This document shows, piece after piece, positions 38,995 to 47,485 of a stretch of DNA of 64,000 nt; positions within the stretch are counted from its first letter, which is position 1, and every line of letters starts with the position of its first letter. The notes below the pieces were generated by a model. It was not told where the DNA came from, did no database searches, and saw nothing but the letters and a program-made list of their open reading frames with translations. This DNA comes from Bacilli bacterium (lineage in GTDB: Bacteria; Bacillota_I; Bacilli_A; RFN20; CAG-826): assembly GCA_045598525.1 (NCBI GenBank), contig JAZLMH010000003.1, positions 23,892 through 87,891 on the forward strand, given 5' to 3'. The translations under genes were made by a program, and so were the position numbers.

Positions 38995-39561
38995 TTACCT
39001 CCCTACCGCTTTTGCAAAAAGAGCTCTAAGTTGCTCAGGTTTCAAACCTTTGCCGCTGAACAACACGTTATTTATCTGGTTTTCCATCACGAAGCGTTTT
39101 CTTGCGGCGATAACGCTTTGATTTGATTGATCGCATTTAGTGAAGATGACATAGAAAGGAGTTTTCTGCTCTTTTAAGAAATTAAACATCTCTAAATCAT
39201 CTTTTGTAGGCTCGTGACGACTGTCTAGCAACAAGAAATTCGCGACCAACTGTGGATTTTCGAAATATCCTTCCATCATGTCTCCGAAGGATAAATCTTC
39301 TTTTGAGCCATAGGTTGTGAAGCCATACCCTGGCGTGTCGACAAGATAGAACGAATTATCAACAAGGAAGTAATTCAAGAGCTTGGTTTTACCAGCTTGT
39401 TTACTTGAATATGCTAACTTTTGACCAGTAAGAAGGTTGATTAAAGTTGATTTTCCAACGTTTGATTTACCAAAAACCGCGACTTCTTTAAGGCCGTTTA
39501 TCGGTCTCATTTTGTATGATGGGACTGATATCACGTACTTTGAATTACGGAAATTAATCAT
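38995..39561 (-). CDS. engB: Ribosome biogenesis GTPase EngB/YsxC
   Basis: GKSNVGKSTLIN, DTPGYG and TKCD motifs. The lon-ysxC synteny is conserved. Confidence 0.9.
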   Translation of the reverse strand: MINFRNSKYVISVPSYKMRPINGLKEVAVFGKSNVGKSTLINLLTGQKLAYSSKQAGKTKLLNYFLVDNSFYLVDTPGYGFTTYGSKEDLSFGDMMEGYFENPQLVANFLLLDSRHEPTKDDLEMFNFLKEQKTPFYVIFTKCDQSNQSVIAARKRFVMENQINNVLFSGKGLKPEQLRALFAKAVGR

Positions 39562-39584
39562 AATTTCAACCTCCTAGATAAATA

Positions 39585-39628
39585 TATCAAAAATAGAAAC
39601 GCAAAGAGAGGTCATTTTAACCTCTCTT
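39585..39628 (-). terminator. Intrinsic terminator after lon
   Basis: On the minus strand: AAGAGAGGT-taaaatg-ACCTCTCTT followed by a T-rich tract. Confidence 0.6.
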
Positions 39629-39635
39629 TTAGTTG

Positions 39636-41996
39636 TTATTTAACTTCTTCAGAAGTTTTTAGAAGCGCTGCTTCTAACGCATCGTCGACATTTTTCATGT
39701 AAACGATCTTGAGTTCTTTCTTGACCTCTTCAGGAAGTTCGCCGACATCCTTCTTGTTTTCAAGAGGGACGATGATGGTTTTAATTCCGCTTCTAAGAGC
39801 GGCAAGAGATTTCTCTCTAAGACCGCCGATTGCAAGAGCTTTACCTCTTAAGGTAACTTCCCCTGTCATCGCGACATTATTATCAACTGGCTTATGGGTT
39901 AAGCAAGAGATGATTGCGGTTGTGATAGCAACGCCTGCGCTTGGGCCATCCTTTGGAACGGCGCCTTCTGGGACATGGATATGGATATCCTTCTTTTCAA
40001 ACATCTCAGAAGGGATTCCGTATTTGTCTGCGTTAGCTCTGACATAGTCAAGAGCGATTGTGCAGCTTTCTTTCATGACGTCGCCAAGCTTGCCAGTAAG
40101 AACGAGTCCGCCTTTGCCTGCCATGTAATTGACTTCGATTGGAAGGATGTCTCCACCGAATTCTGTATAAGCAAGGCCAGTAACAACGCCAATCTGAGGC
40201 TCTTTCTCTTTCTTTGTGTCTTCGAAGATCTCAACGCCAAGATATTTTTGAGCCTGTGCGCCATCAATGACGATAGGACGATTCATCTCAGGGTTCTTGA
40301 TTAACTCAACAACCGCTTTTCTGCAGCATGAAGCAACGAGTCTTTCAAGGTGACGGACACCAGCTTCGCGAGTGTAGGCTTCAATCATTTCTTTGATGCC
40401 TTCTTCGGTGAATTCGATATCCCCTTCTTTTAAGCCATTAGCTTGCATTTGCTTCTTAACTAACCAGCTTTCAGCAATCTTGACTTTCTCAAGTTCGGTA
40501 TATGAAGGCACTTCAATGAGTTCCAAACGGTCACGGAGAGGCGCAGGAACGTTTTCGAGATAGTTTGCGGTTGCGATGAAGAGAACATTTGATAAATCAT
40601 ATGGTTCTTCGATGAAATTATCGTTAAAGGCTGTGTTTTGCTCTGGGTCTAAGACTTCTAAGAGAGCGCTGCTTGGATCGCCATGAAGGCTATTTCCGCC
40701 AACCTTGTCGATTTCGTCTAAAAGGAAGACTGGGTTAATGACGCCTGACTTGGTCATGCCATGGATAATGCGTCCAGGCATTGAGCCAACATAAGTACGT
40801 CTATGACCACGGATTTCTGATTCATCAGAAACGCCGCCTAAGGAAGCTTTAAAGAATTTTCTTCCAAGCGCTCTAGCAATTGACCTAGCAAGAGATGTCT
40901 TACCACATCCTGGCGGGCCATAGAAACAAAGAATTGGGGCTTTGAGATTGCCAGTTGCGTGTTTGACTGCGAGATATTCAATGATTCTCTTTTTGACTTT
41001 ATCTAAGCCAAAGTGATCCTCGTCTAAAATCTTTTGAACATTCTCAAGATCATCGTTATCCTCGGTTTTTTCATACCAAGGAGCGTTTAATAAGGTGTTG
41101 ATGTAATTGAGGATCAAAGAACTCTCAAGGGAAGCTTCTGGCATCATCGCAAGACGTTTAAGCTCTTTGTTGACCTTATCTTTGACATTTTGTGGATAAG
41201 GGTTATCCGCTACTTTCTTTCTGATGAGATCAACATCGCTTTCTTCGCCTGAGCCTTCGCCAAGTTCATCGCGGATCGCTCTCATCTTCTCGCGGAGAAT
41301 GTATTCTTTCTGTTGCTTTTCAGCGCGACTTCTTACTGTTTCGTCAAGTTTCTTGTCGATATCAAGGATTTGCTTCTGTTCAGCAAGGAGCTGGGTGATT
41401 TTGAGAAGTCTAGCGTTTACGCTAGGTTCACCAAGAATAGTGATCTTATCTTGGATGGAGAATGGAAGGTAAGCGGCTAAGGTATCGCCGATGTTTGTGG
41501 ATGTATCCCCTCTTCCAAGCGAATTAAGGGCGTTTTTAGGAATGTCATGAGCGATGGCGGGATTTTGTTCGACCATGTTCACGATTCTTCTGATTAAGGC
41601 AGTTTCTTCTGCTTGGTCGCCAAGCATATCATCGATGACATAACCATCGGCTTTGAATGCGCCGTTTTCGAAACGGACAGCTGTTAATTTGACTCTCTTT
41701 GAGCCGATAACGCGGATACGGTAACTGCTTCCTGCGACGACAAAGTTAACAATACGAGCAAGAGTTGCCGTCATAAAGACATCTTCTTCGCCTGTGACTT
41801 CGTCTTTGGTAAGGACTTTCTGAACGCCGACAAATATTAAGGAATTACTTTCGGAGCGAGAAATATCGATTGCCTTCGTGCTATATGGGCGCGCGGCTTC
41901 AATAGATTCGGTTAAATTAGGAAAGACAACTAAACCACGGGTTACGAGGAAAGGTAACGTGAGTGTCTTTTTGTTTGAGCTATTAAGATTTTCCAT
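39636..41996 (-). CDS. lon: ATP-dependent protease Lon (LonA)
   Basis: N-terminal LON domain, AAA+ motif GPPGCGKTS, and protease motif KDGPSAGVA. An AGGAGG RBS lies 6 nt upstream of the ATG at 41996. The track start at 42014 is a TTG inside the RBS region. Confidence 0.9.
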   Translation of the reverse strand: MENLNSSNKKTLTLPFLVTRGLVVFPNLTESIEAARPYSTKAIDISRSESNSLIFVGVQKVLTKDEVTGEEDVFMTATLARIVNFVVAGSSYRIRVIGSKRVKLTAVRFENGAFKADGYVIDDMLGDQAEETALIRRIVNMVEQNPAIAHDIPKNALNSLGRGDTSTNIGDTLAAYLPFSIQDKITILGEPSVNARLLKITQLLAEQKQILDIDKKLDETVRSRAEKQQKEYILREKMRAIRDELGEGSGEESDVDLIRKKVADNPYPQNVKDKVNKELKRLAMMPEASLESSLILNYINTLLNAPWYEKTEDNDDLENVQKILDEDHFGLDKVKKRIIEYLAVKHATGNLKAPILCFYGPPGCGKTSLARSIARALGRKFFKASLGGVSDESEIRGHRRTYVGSMPGRIIHGMTKSGVINPVFLLDEIDKVGGNSLHGDPSSALLEVLDPEQNTAFNDNFIEEPYDLSNVLFIATANYLENVPAPLRDRLELIEVPSYTELEKVKIAESWLVKKQMQANGLKEGDIEFTEEGIKEMIEAYTREAGVRHLERLVASCCRKAVVELIKNPEMNRPIVIDGAQAQKYLGVEIFEDTKKEKEPQIGVVTGLAYTEFGGDILPIEVNYMAGKGGLVLTGKLGDVMKESCTIALDYVRANADKYGIPSEMFEKKDIHIHVPEGAVPKDGPSAGVAITTAIISCLTHKPVDNNVAMTGEVTLRGKALAIGGLREKSLAALRSGIKTIIVPLENKKDVGELPEEVKKELKIVYMKNVDDALEAALLKTSEEVK

Positions 41997-42031
41997 AGTT
42001 TTCCTCCTAATCAATTATTATATTTAGTTAA

Positions 42032-42058
42032 TTAGCACTGTCAATAAGCGAGTGCCAA
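42032..42058. promoter_or_regulatory. CIRCE operator (HrcA binding site) upstream of lon
   Basis: TTAGCACTG-N9-GAGTGCCAA compared with the consensus TTAGCACTC-N9-GAGTGCTAA (16 of 18). It lies 36 nt upstream of the lon ATG. Confidence 0.75.
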
Positions 42059-42118
42059 AATATCATAATTGGACATTATTATTACTTATCTAAGTAAACA
42101 CTTTCAATAATAATGCAC

Positions 42119-42152
42119 AAAAAAAGGATCTAACTTTTGCTAGACCCTTTGT
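42119..42152 (-). terminator. Intrinsic terminator after tig (bidirectional-looking)
   Basis: Imperfect hairpin GGGTCTAgc-aaaag-TTAGATCC followed by TTTTTTTG on the minus strand. Confidence 0.55.
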
Positions 42153-42164
42153 TTTTGAGGTTTA

Positions 42165-43607
42165 TTATTCGGCTTTTTTGGCAGCTGCTTTTTTGGTTGT
42201 TGTTTTCTTTGCTGCTGGTTTCTTTGCTGGAGCTTCTGCTTCTGCGACTGGAGCTTCTTCTTTAACGGCTGCTTTTTTTGCTTTTGGAGCAGCTTTCTTA
42301 GCAGCGGCACCTTCAGCTGAGCTGTTGTTCATGATGAATGTGCGGATTTTTCTATTGAAGAGGCTGGTTTTGAAGTTGTCCATGTCGCGGCTAACATAAT
42401 TACGGACATCTTTTTCTTCCATCTTGTACATGTCTGCCATGACTTTGACTTCTGCATCGACATCAGCGTCTGTGACGAAGAGGTCTTCTGCTTCACCGAT
42501 AGCGTTCATAGCAACATAACCCTGGAGGTTTGCTCTTGCCTGAGCGAAGAACTGAGCGCGGATGTCTTCCATCTTGCTGCCTGTGATATCAAGGTATTGC
42601 TCGAAGGTGATGCCGTTTTGCTCAACCTGTTTCTTAAGATTATCTTCCATCTGAGCTGCTTCGTTAGCGATGACTTGGTCATCGATGACAAATTCTGCGT
42701 TAGCGATGATCTTGTTCATGATTGCGTTATAGAAACCATCTTCGCTTTCACGAGCCTTACGTTCGAGGATAGCCTGTGATTCGTGTGCTTTGAGTTCATC
42801 AAGTGTGTTGACATCTTTGATGCCAAGTTCCTTAACTGCTGCATCATCAGCGGTTGGAACGACCTTTTCTTTAACTTCGTGGAGTTTGACTGTGAAGGTA
42901 GCTTTCTTGCCTGCGAGTTCTTTGACGTACTTTTCAGGGAAAACGACTGGGAATGATTTAACTTCACCAGCTTTCATGCCGACGATTGAATCTTCGAAAC
43001 CTGGGACAAATGAACCAGAACCTAAGAGAAGGTTGTAGTTTTCTGCTTTGCCGCCTTCAAATGGCTTAAGGTTGCCATTTTCATCTGGTAAGAAACCGTC
43101 GAAGTCGATTGTGACTGTGTCACCCATCTTTGCTTCACGTTCGACGAGAACGAGTTCAGCATTTGATTCGAAGCGGCGAGCGACTGCTGCTGCAACTTCT
43201 TCATCGGTAACCGCTGCTGCTGGGCGTGGTGCGGTTAAGCCTTTGTATTCGCCAAGTTTTGCGGTTGGAACTGTGACGATTGTGAATGCGAGTTCAAGTT
43301 CCTTATCGCTGATCTTTGTAACGTCAACGTTTGGACGGAAGAATGGGCGGACGCTCTTTTCTTCTGCTAAGACGGCTGCGAATGTAGGATTGAGAAGTGA
43401 ATCAATAGCTTCATTCCAGACTGCTTCTGGGTTGACTCTTTCTTTTAAAAGATGTTTTGGGGCTTTTCCTGGACGGAAGCCTTTAACTGAGACTTTCTTG
43501 CTGACTTTGTCGAAAGCCTTTTCCTGTGCCTCAGCCCAAGCTGCTGGTTCAACAGCAACGGCGATTTTGACGCGGGAAGGGGTAATTTGTTCAATAGTGT
43601 GTTTCAT
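42165..43607 (-). CDS. tig: Trigger factor with an Ala/Lys/Pro-rich C-terminal tail
   Basis: Ribosome-binding N-domain, FKBP PPIase (GDTVTIDFDGF) and a C-domain. An additional ~50 aa follow: AAAKKAAPKAKKAAVKEEAPVAEAEAPAKKPAAKKTTTKKAAAKKAE. Confidence 0.9.
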   Translation of the reverse strand: MKHTIEQITPSRVKIAVAVEPAAWAEAQEKAFDKVSKKVSVKGFRPGKAPKHLLKERVNPEAVWNEAIDSLLNPTFAAVLAEEKSVRPFFRPNVDVTKISDKELELAFTIVTVPTAKLGEYKGLTAPRPAAAVTDEEVAAAVARRFESNAELVLVEREAKMGDTVTIDFDGFLPDENGNLKPFEGGKAENYNLLLGSGSFVPGFEDSIVGMKAGEVKSFPVVFPEKYVKELAGKKATFTVKLHEVKEKVVPTADDAAVKELGIKDVNTLDELKAHESQAILERKARESEDGFYNAIMNKIIANAEFVIDDQVIANEAAQMEDNLKKQVEQNGITFEQYLDITGSKMEDIRAQFFAQARANLQGYVAMNAIGEAEDLFVTDADVDAEVKVMADMYKMEEKDVRNYVSRDMDNFKTSLFNRKIRTFIMNNSSAEGAAAKKAAPKAKKAAVKEEAPVAEAEAPAKKPAAKKTTTKKAAAKKAE

Positions 43608-43688
43608 AAAATAAACCTCTTTGTTTTTAGCAACGTGAATAAATATAACCTATCTTACGATAGTTTCCAAATGGTTTGATAAAACTTT

Positions 43689-44618
43689 CTAATACGAAAG
43701 CATGTCTTCTTTCTCTCGGACCGCTTTGATTTTGTTTATCAATGCCTTGATTATTGATGATTCGACGCCTCGTTTTTGACACTCTTCTTCGAAATCAAAA
43801 GGCGCGGAAAGATATTCGTGAGCAAGGGCAGAAAACGCCAAAAGATAGATTTTGCGCTCATTTTCAAGATCTAATTGTTCAGGAAATATCTCAAAAATGT
43901 AATCGTTAAGCAGTTTTTTGGCGACGCCAGAGATCGAAGGGTCGTTAATTTCTTCGTCGAGCTTTGCTCTAAAAGATTCAAAACTCTTGCCAGAAAATGG
44001 AGGATTTACCTTGCAAGGCACTAATCTATAGGTCTTTCCATTCTTTTTAAGCCTAACTTCTTTGTCGCATCTAGCGGCAATAAGAAACAAGAAAGCATAC
44101 GTCTTAACAAGCGGAATCCTATCCGACTCAGCTAAGAAAATAAATTCTTTGATGTAATCTCTTGCTTTAAGAGGGCCAACCATATTCATCGTGGAAATGA
44201 CTTCGTAATCGTCAGACCTTCCGAGTAATTTATCGCGAATTTCATCATCGGAATATTTTTCTCTCAGATTAGAATTTCTTTCTTCGCTTCTGATGATTTT
44301 AGGGAGCAATCTCAAATACTCTTCCACTTCTTGCGAAACATATGGGAGATTTTCGAAATGTTCCAAATCCTCATAAGCCTCATCAAATTGCCTTAAGATA
44401 AAACGAAGCTCAAAGATGGTTTTCATCGTGAACAAAGGATTGTGCTCATAAAGAGCATCTTTGTTGGTGAGCATTATATCTAATGCGCGTCTTGGTTCTC
44501 CTTTTGCAAGAAAAGCCGCGGCACGATAAGAAAGGCCATCAGGAGATAGATCGTCTTCTGAAAGACTTAGAAGTAAGTCGTATTCTTTTCGCTCTAAAAG
44601 TGATTTGTAATTATCCAT
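43689..44618 (-). CDS. Hypothetical protein, 309 aa, predicted all-helical and cytoplasmic
   Basis: A long ORF with coding-like composition. It has no signal peptide or TM segment and no catalytic motif I recognise. The N-terminal part looks like a TPR-type helical repeat. Confidence 0.6.
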   Translation of the reverse strand: MDNYKSLLERKEYDLLLSLSEDDLSPDGLSYRAAAFLAKGEPRRALDIMLTNKDALYEHNPLFTMKTIFELRFILRQFDEAYEDLEHFENLPYVSQEVEEYLRLLPKIIRSEERNSNLREKYSDDEIRDKLLGRSDDYEVISTMNMVGPLKARDYIKEFIFLAESDRIPLVKTYAFLFLIAARCDKEVRLKKNGKTYRLVPCKVNPPFSGKSFESFRAKLDEEINDPSISGVAKKLLNDYIFEIFPEQLDLENERKIYLLAFSALAHEYLSAPFDFEEECQKRGVESSIIKALINKIKAVREKEDMLSY

Positions 44619-44667
44619 GGCTTTATTCTATCGCATTAAGCGATTATTAGTAACGAGGGCTTTTAAC

Positions 44668-45303
44668 TTAATTGAATTCTTTTTTAGACACTTCAACCAA
44701 ATCGCTAAATTTCTTCAATATATATTCTGGGCTTTTCGCTTTTCCAAAGCCAAAGGAAGCATAGGCAAAATGGTATCCCGCTAGATGAGTTTCGTTTTCG
44801 TCGCCTTCGGTGTCGCCTACATAGAAAGCTTTTTCGTATTTGCCCCTACTCACTAAAAGCTCCATGTTCTCATGCTTAGGCTTAAAGTTGTCTCCCCAGC
44901 AGACTTTATCCACGAAAAAACTTTCAAGATGGGTCGATTTTAAGAAAGTCTCAATGTAATTCTTCTGACAATTGCTTAAAAGCAAAAGGTCATAATCTTT
45001 CTTTAGCTCGGTTAAAGTTTCAACCACTCCTTCGTATAGCCTTCCAGGATGATCGATTAAATATTCATTCTCATAATTCATGCATTCTTCAAGAATCGCG
45101 AGTTTTTCTTCGTAAGGAATATGATTAGGGAATAACCTTTTGGCAAATTCAGTCATTGCCATACCCATGCAGTTTAAGATTCCTTCGAAATCTAATTCAA
45201 AATGGTATTTGCTTTCCAAAGTAATCTTATTCCAGGCTTCCGCTATCTCGTGTGTTGAGTCCCATAAGGTTCCATCTATATCAAATATAATTGCGTTTTT
45301 CAT
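44668..45303 (-). CDS. HAD-superfamily hydrolase (phosphatase, PGP-like)
   Basis: FDIDGTLWDS (DxDxT), SN and GDTEGD motifs. Confidence 0.8.
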   Translation of the reverse strand: MKNAIIFDIDGTLWDSTHEIAEAWNKITLESKYHFELDFEGILNCMGMAMTEFAKRLFPNHIPYEEKLAILEECMNYENEYLIDHPGRLYEGVVETLTELKKDYDLLLLSNCQKNYIETFLKSTHLESFFVDKVCWGDNFKPKHENMELLVSRGKYEKAFYVGDTEGDENETHLAGYHFAYASFGFGKAKSPEYILKKFSDLVEVSKKEFN

Positions 45304-45374
45304 GCCTTAATTGTGCCTTTTTTCGTTATAAAAACAAGCCTTCTTGAGTTTAAGCGAGTAGAGATTGTATTAAA

Positions 45375-45403
45375 TTGCATTTTCAGCAAATAATTTTTAT
45401 AAT
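45375..45403 (+). promoter_or_regulatory. Sigma-A type promoter for the TetR gene
   Basis: TTGCAT (45375-45380), a 17-nt spacer, then TATAAT (45398-45403). The inverted repeat TCAATA-N9-TATTGA (45405-45425) overlaps the predicted transcription start and is a candidate operator. Confidence 0.55.
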
Positions 45404-45428
45404 TTCAATAGATTGGAAATATTGATCT

Positions 45429-46061
45429 ATGCGCACTGAAAAAATGAGGCAAGACAATATTCGCAAAGTATATTGCGCTTCCGCTGATCTTTTCGCGAAT
45501 TGCGGTGTTGCCAACACGAACCTTGAGACTATTGCCGACAAAGCCGGTATCTCTTTGAGATCGGTTGTAAACTATTTCGGAAAAAAAGAAAAACTCATAA
45601 AAGATATGAGGCATTATTTCGTAGAAAAAGCCACAAATGAGATTAGAGGGGCCTATCAACAAGAATCTTTTAAAACATTAAGTGGAAGAGAAAAGCTCAT
45701 CGAAGCCATTAAAATCATGGTTGAGTACACGAAAAACAAGTACTTATACATCTGCGCGCTTGTCGAAATGCGTTCGCTTGAAACAAATCCAGGCGAGCAA
45801 GAAGACGAAATTCTTCCTCCAATCCTTGAACTCCATGAATTGTTCAGAAACTTCATTTATGAAGGCATTGAGGATGGTTCCGTTAGAAATGATTCAAGGT
45901 TTGCGGAATATATTCCACTTCTTATCATCACGGTCAAAGGATTCTTGACCCAATATTCTTCAGTTTTGAAAAACAAAGATTATTCGAGTTTGGCGACATT
46001 TGAAAACTCGTTTGAGTCTCTCTATCACTTTCTAAGTGATTTATTGAAAAATCGAATCTAA
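45429..46061 (+). CDS. TetR/AcrR-family transcriptional regulator
   Basis: N-terminal HTH (TNLETIADKAGISLRSVVNYF) in a 210-aa protein. Confidence 0.85.
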   Translation: MRTEKMRQDNIRKVYCASADLFANCGVANTNLETIADKAGISLRSVVNYFGKKEKLIKDMRHYFVEKATNEIRGAYQQESFKTLSGREKLIEAIKIMVEYTKNKYLYICALVEMRSLETNPGEQEDEILPPILELHELFRNFIYEGIEDGSVRNDSRFAEYIPLLIITVKGFLTQYSSVLKNKDYSSLATFENSFESLYHFLSDLLKNRI

Positions 46062-46071
46062 TACTGGTATT

Positions 46072-46105
46072 AAAAAACGGCCTCTTCTATTTGAGGCCGT
46101 TTTTA
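46072..46105. terminator. Bidirectional intrinsic terminator between the TetR gene and the EEP nuclease gene
   Basis: AAAAAACGGCCTC-ttctattt-GAGGCCGTTTTT. Confidence 0.8.
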
Positions 46106-46153
46106 TGCATCATATTGAGGCGACTTTCAAAAACATAGACCGAAACGCCTATA

Positions 46154-47341
46154 TTAGAAAGCAACGTCGGCAAATATCGGCATATGGTCGCTTGAATTTA
46201 AGGCGTCTTCAGTGGTGACTGTTGTGTAATATGCGGATTCTGAGTTTTGGCTAAGGTAAATGTGGTCTCTAGCTTCGTCTGTATTTATTAACTCCAGCAA
46301 AACGGAATCTATGCCTCTAAACCATTTTCCTGGCTCGGTTGTATCGCCGTTGCCAATATGGTACGTATCACAGCAGATACCTCTTGATTTAGCCGTGTAT
46401 TTGGCGTCTTTAAAACCAGATTCGTCTTCTAAGGTTTTGATCGATTGATGGGAATCTATTTGATTCATATCCCCAACCGCAATAATTGGGCAGCCATATT
46501 TCTCCTCAAGTTCTTTATACACGTTTGCTGTTTCTATGGCTTGCTCCTGTTCTCTTGTCGGGGTGTCGGGTTTTGATGAATCAAGGTGATTCCAGTGCGA
46601 AGAAACAACGACAAATTCTTCGTTTGTCTGGTTTAAAGTGAACAGCGCATATGTATAACTTCTACAATTGGTGTTAGTGTCAGCCGTTTGAAATCTAGTG
46701 TGTTTCCAAGAATGAAGCGTGACTTTATCTTCGTTATACATCAAAGTTGTGTATATCGTTTGGTTTTTGCCGTCCAATTGATATTGTTTTTCGTTTTCAT
46801 TCACTACTCTATACGGAAAATCCTCTTCATCATGATATTTTTTCATTACTTGGTAAAACTCGTCATCGAATTCCTGAACGCCTATGACGTCAGGCAAATA
46901 CGCTAAAAGAGTTCTTTTATTTTGGTCATCCCTTCCATCGCTTATGCCAGCTGGATATTTCTCATTATGGGCGTCATATCCATGCATTTGAGGCTTGTTG
47001 TTCCAATCGTTTGAAAGGACATTATATGACATGACTCTTATTTTTGCTTGCGGGGTCAGTTCAGCAGAATTTGGATTTAAAGAAGTAAAATCGCGGCCAA
47101 TTGAATAATATGGTTTTAAAACCATATCCTCGGCTATCGACTCTACTTTTTCATCTAGCTCATGCCTTTCGCCCGAATCATCGAGATAATAATCGACATT
47201 GCAGCCAAGCTTATAACAAGGCAAATCCTTTAAAGTAGAACCTTTTTTGACATAGGCTTTATAAGTCCCACCGCCATTCAAATCGTTGATCGTCACGGCT
47301 TCGTTTGTCATTGACGATGGTTTTCCGCAGCCACTTAGCAA
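46154..47341 (-). CDS. Endonuclease/exonuclease/phosphatase (EEP) family protein, MnuA-like surface nuclease. The mature part begins at a lipobox Cys, and the signal peptide is out of frame upstream.
   Basis: EEP motifs RVMSYNVL, IGVQEF, SSHWNH, VGDMNQ and SDHMPIFADV. The ORF begins (TTG)LSGCGKPSS. An RBS and ATG at 47387 encode MKKKMSLTFLLSAVFF in another frame, separated by a T8 tract (47340-47347). Confidence 0.8.
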   Translation of the reverse strand: MLSGCGKPSSMTNEAVTINDLNGGGTYKAYVKKGSTLKDLPCYKLGCNVDYYLDDSGERHELDEKVESIAEDMVLKPYYSIGRDFTSLNPNSAELTPQAKIRVMSYNVLSNDWNNKPQMHGYDAHNEKYPAGISDGRDDQNKRTLLAYLPDVIGVQEFDDEFYQVMKKYHDEEDFPYRVVNENEKQYQLDGKNQTIYTTLMYNEDKVTLHSWKHTRFQTADTNTNCRSYTYALFTLNQTNEEFVVVSSHWNHLDSSKPDTPTREQEQAIETANVYKELEEKYGCPIIAVGDMNQIDSHQSIKTLEDESGFKDAKYTAKSRGICCDTYHIGNGDTTEPGKWFRGIDSVLLELINTDEARDHIYLSQNSESAYYTTVTTEDALNSSDHMPIFADVAF

Positions 47342-47347
47342 AAAAAA
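47340..47347 (-). repeat. Homopolymeric T8 (coding strand) tract between the signal peptide and the lipobox of the EEP lipoprotein
   Basis: Eight A on the + strand. A T7 or T10 tract would fuse MKKKMSLTFLLSAVF to LLSGCGKPSS. Confidence 0.9.
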
Positions 47348-47419
47348 CAGCTGAAAGCAAAAAGGTTAAAGACATCTTCTTTTTCATAATGAATTCCTCA
47401 CTAAAAACATTAAAGCACA

Positions 47420-47476
47420 ATAAAAAGGGTTATGACACTTAAATATGCTTTTCAAGCATAATAGATGTCATAACCC
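47420..47476 (-). terminator. Intrinsic terminator after the P-type ATPase gene
   Basis: On the minus strand: an 11-bp stem GGGTTATGACA...TGTCATAACCC followed by TTTTTATTG. Confidence 0.7.
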
Positions 47477-47485
47477 CAGAATCTG

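Noticed and set aside
43048-43614. Long ORFs antisense to, or out of frame with, real genes. Examples are 43048-43614 (188 aa, opposite tig), 3820-4407 (195 aa, inside parC), 48555-49010 and 61613-62011.
   Set aside because: Their translations are low-complexity and rich in Ser, Leu and Arg. They have no RBS and lie fully within well-supported conserved genes, so they are shadow ORFs caused by codon bias.
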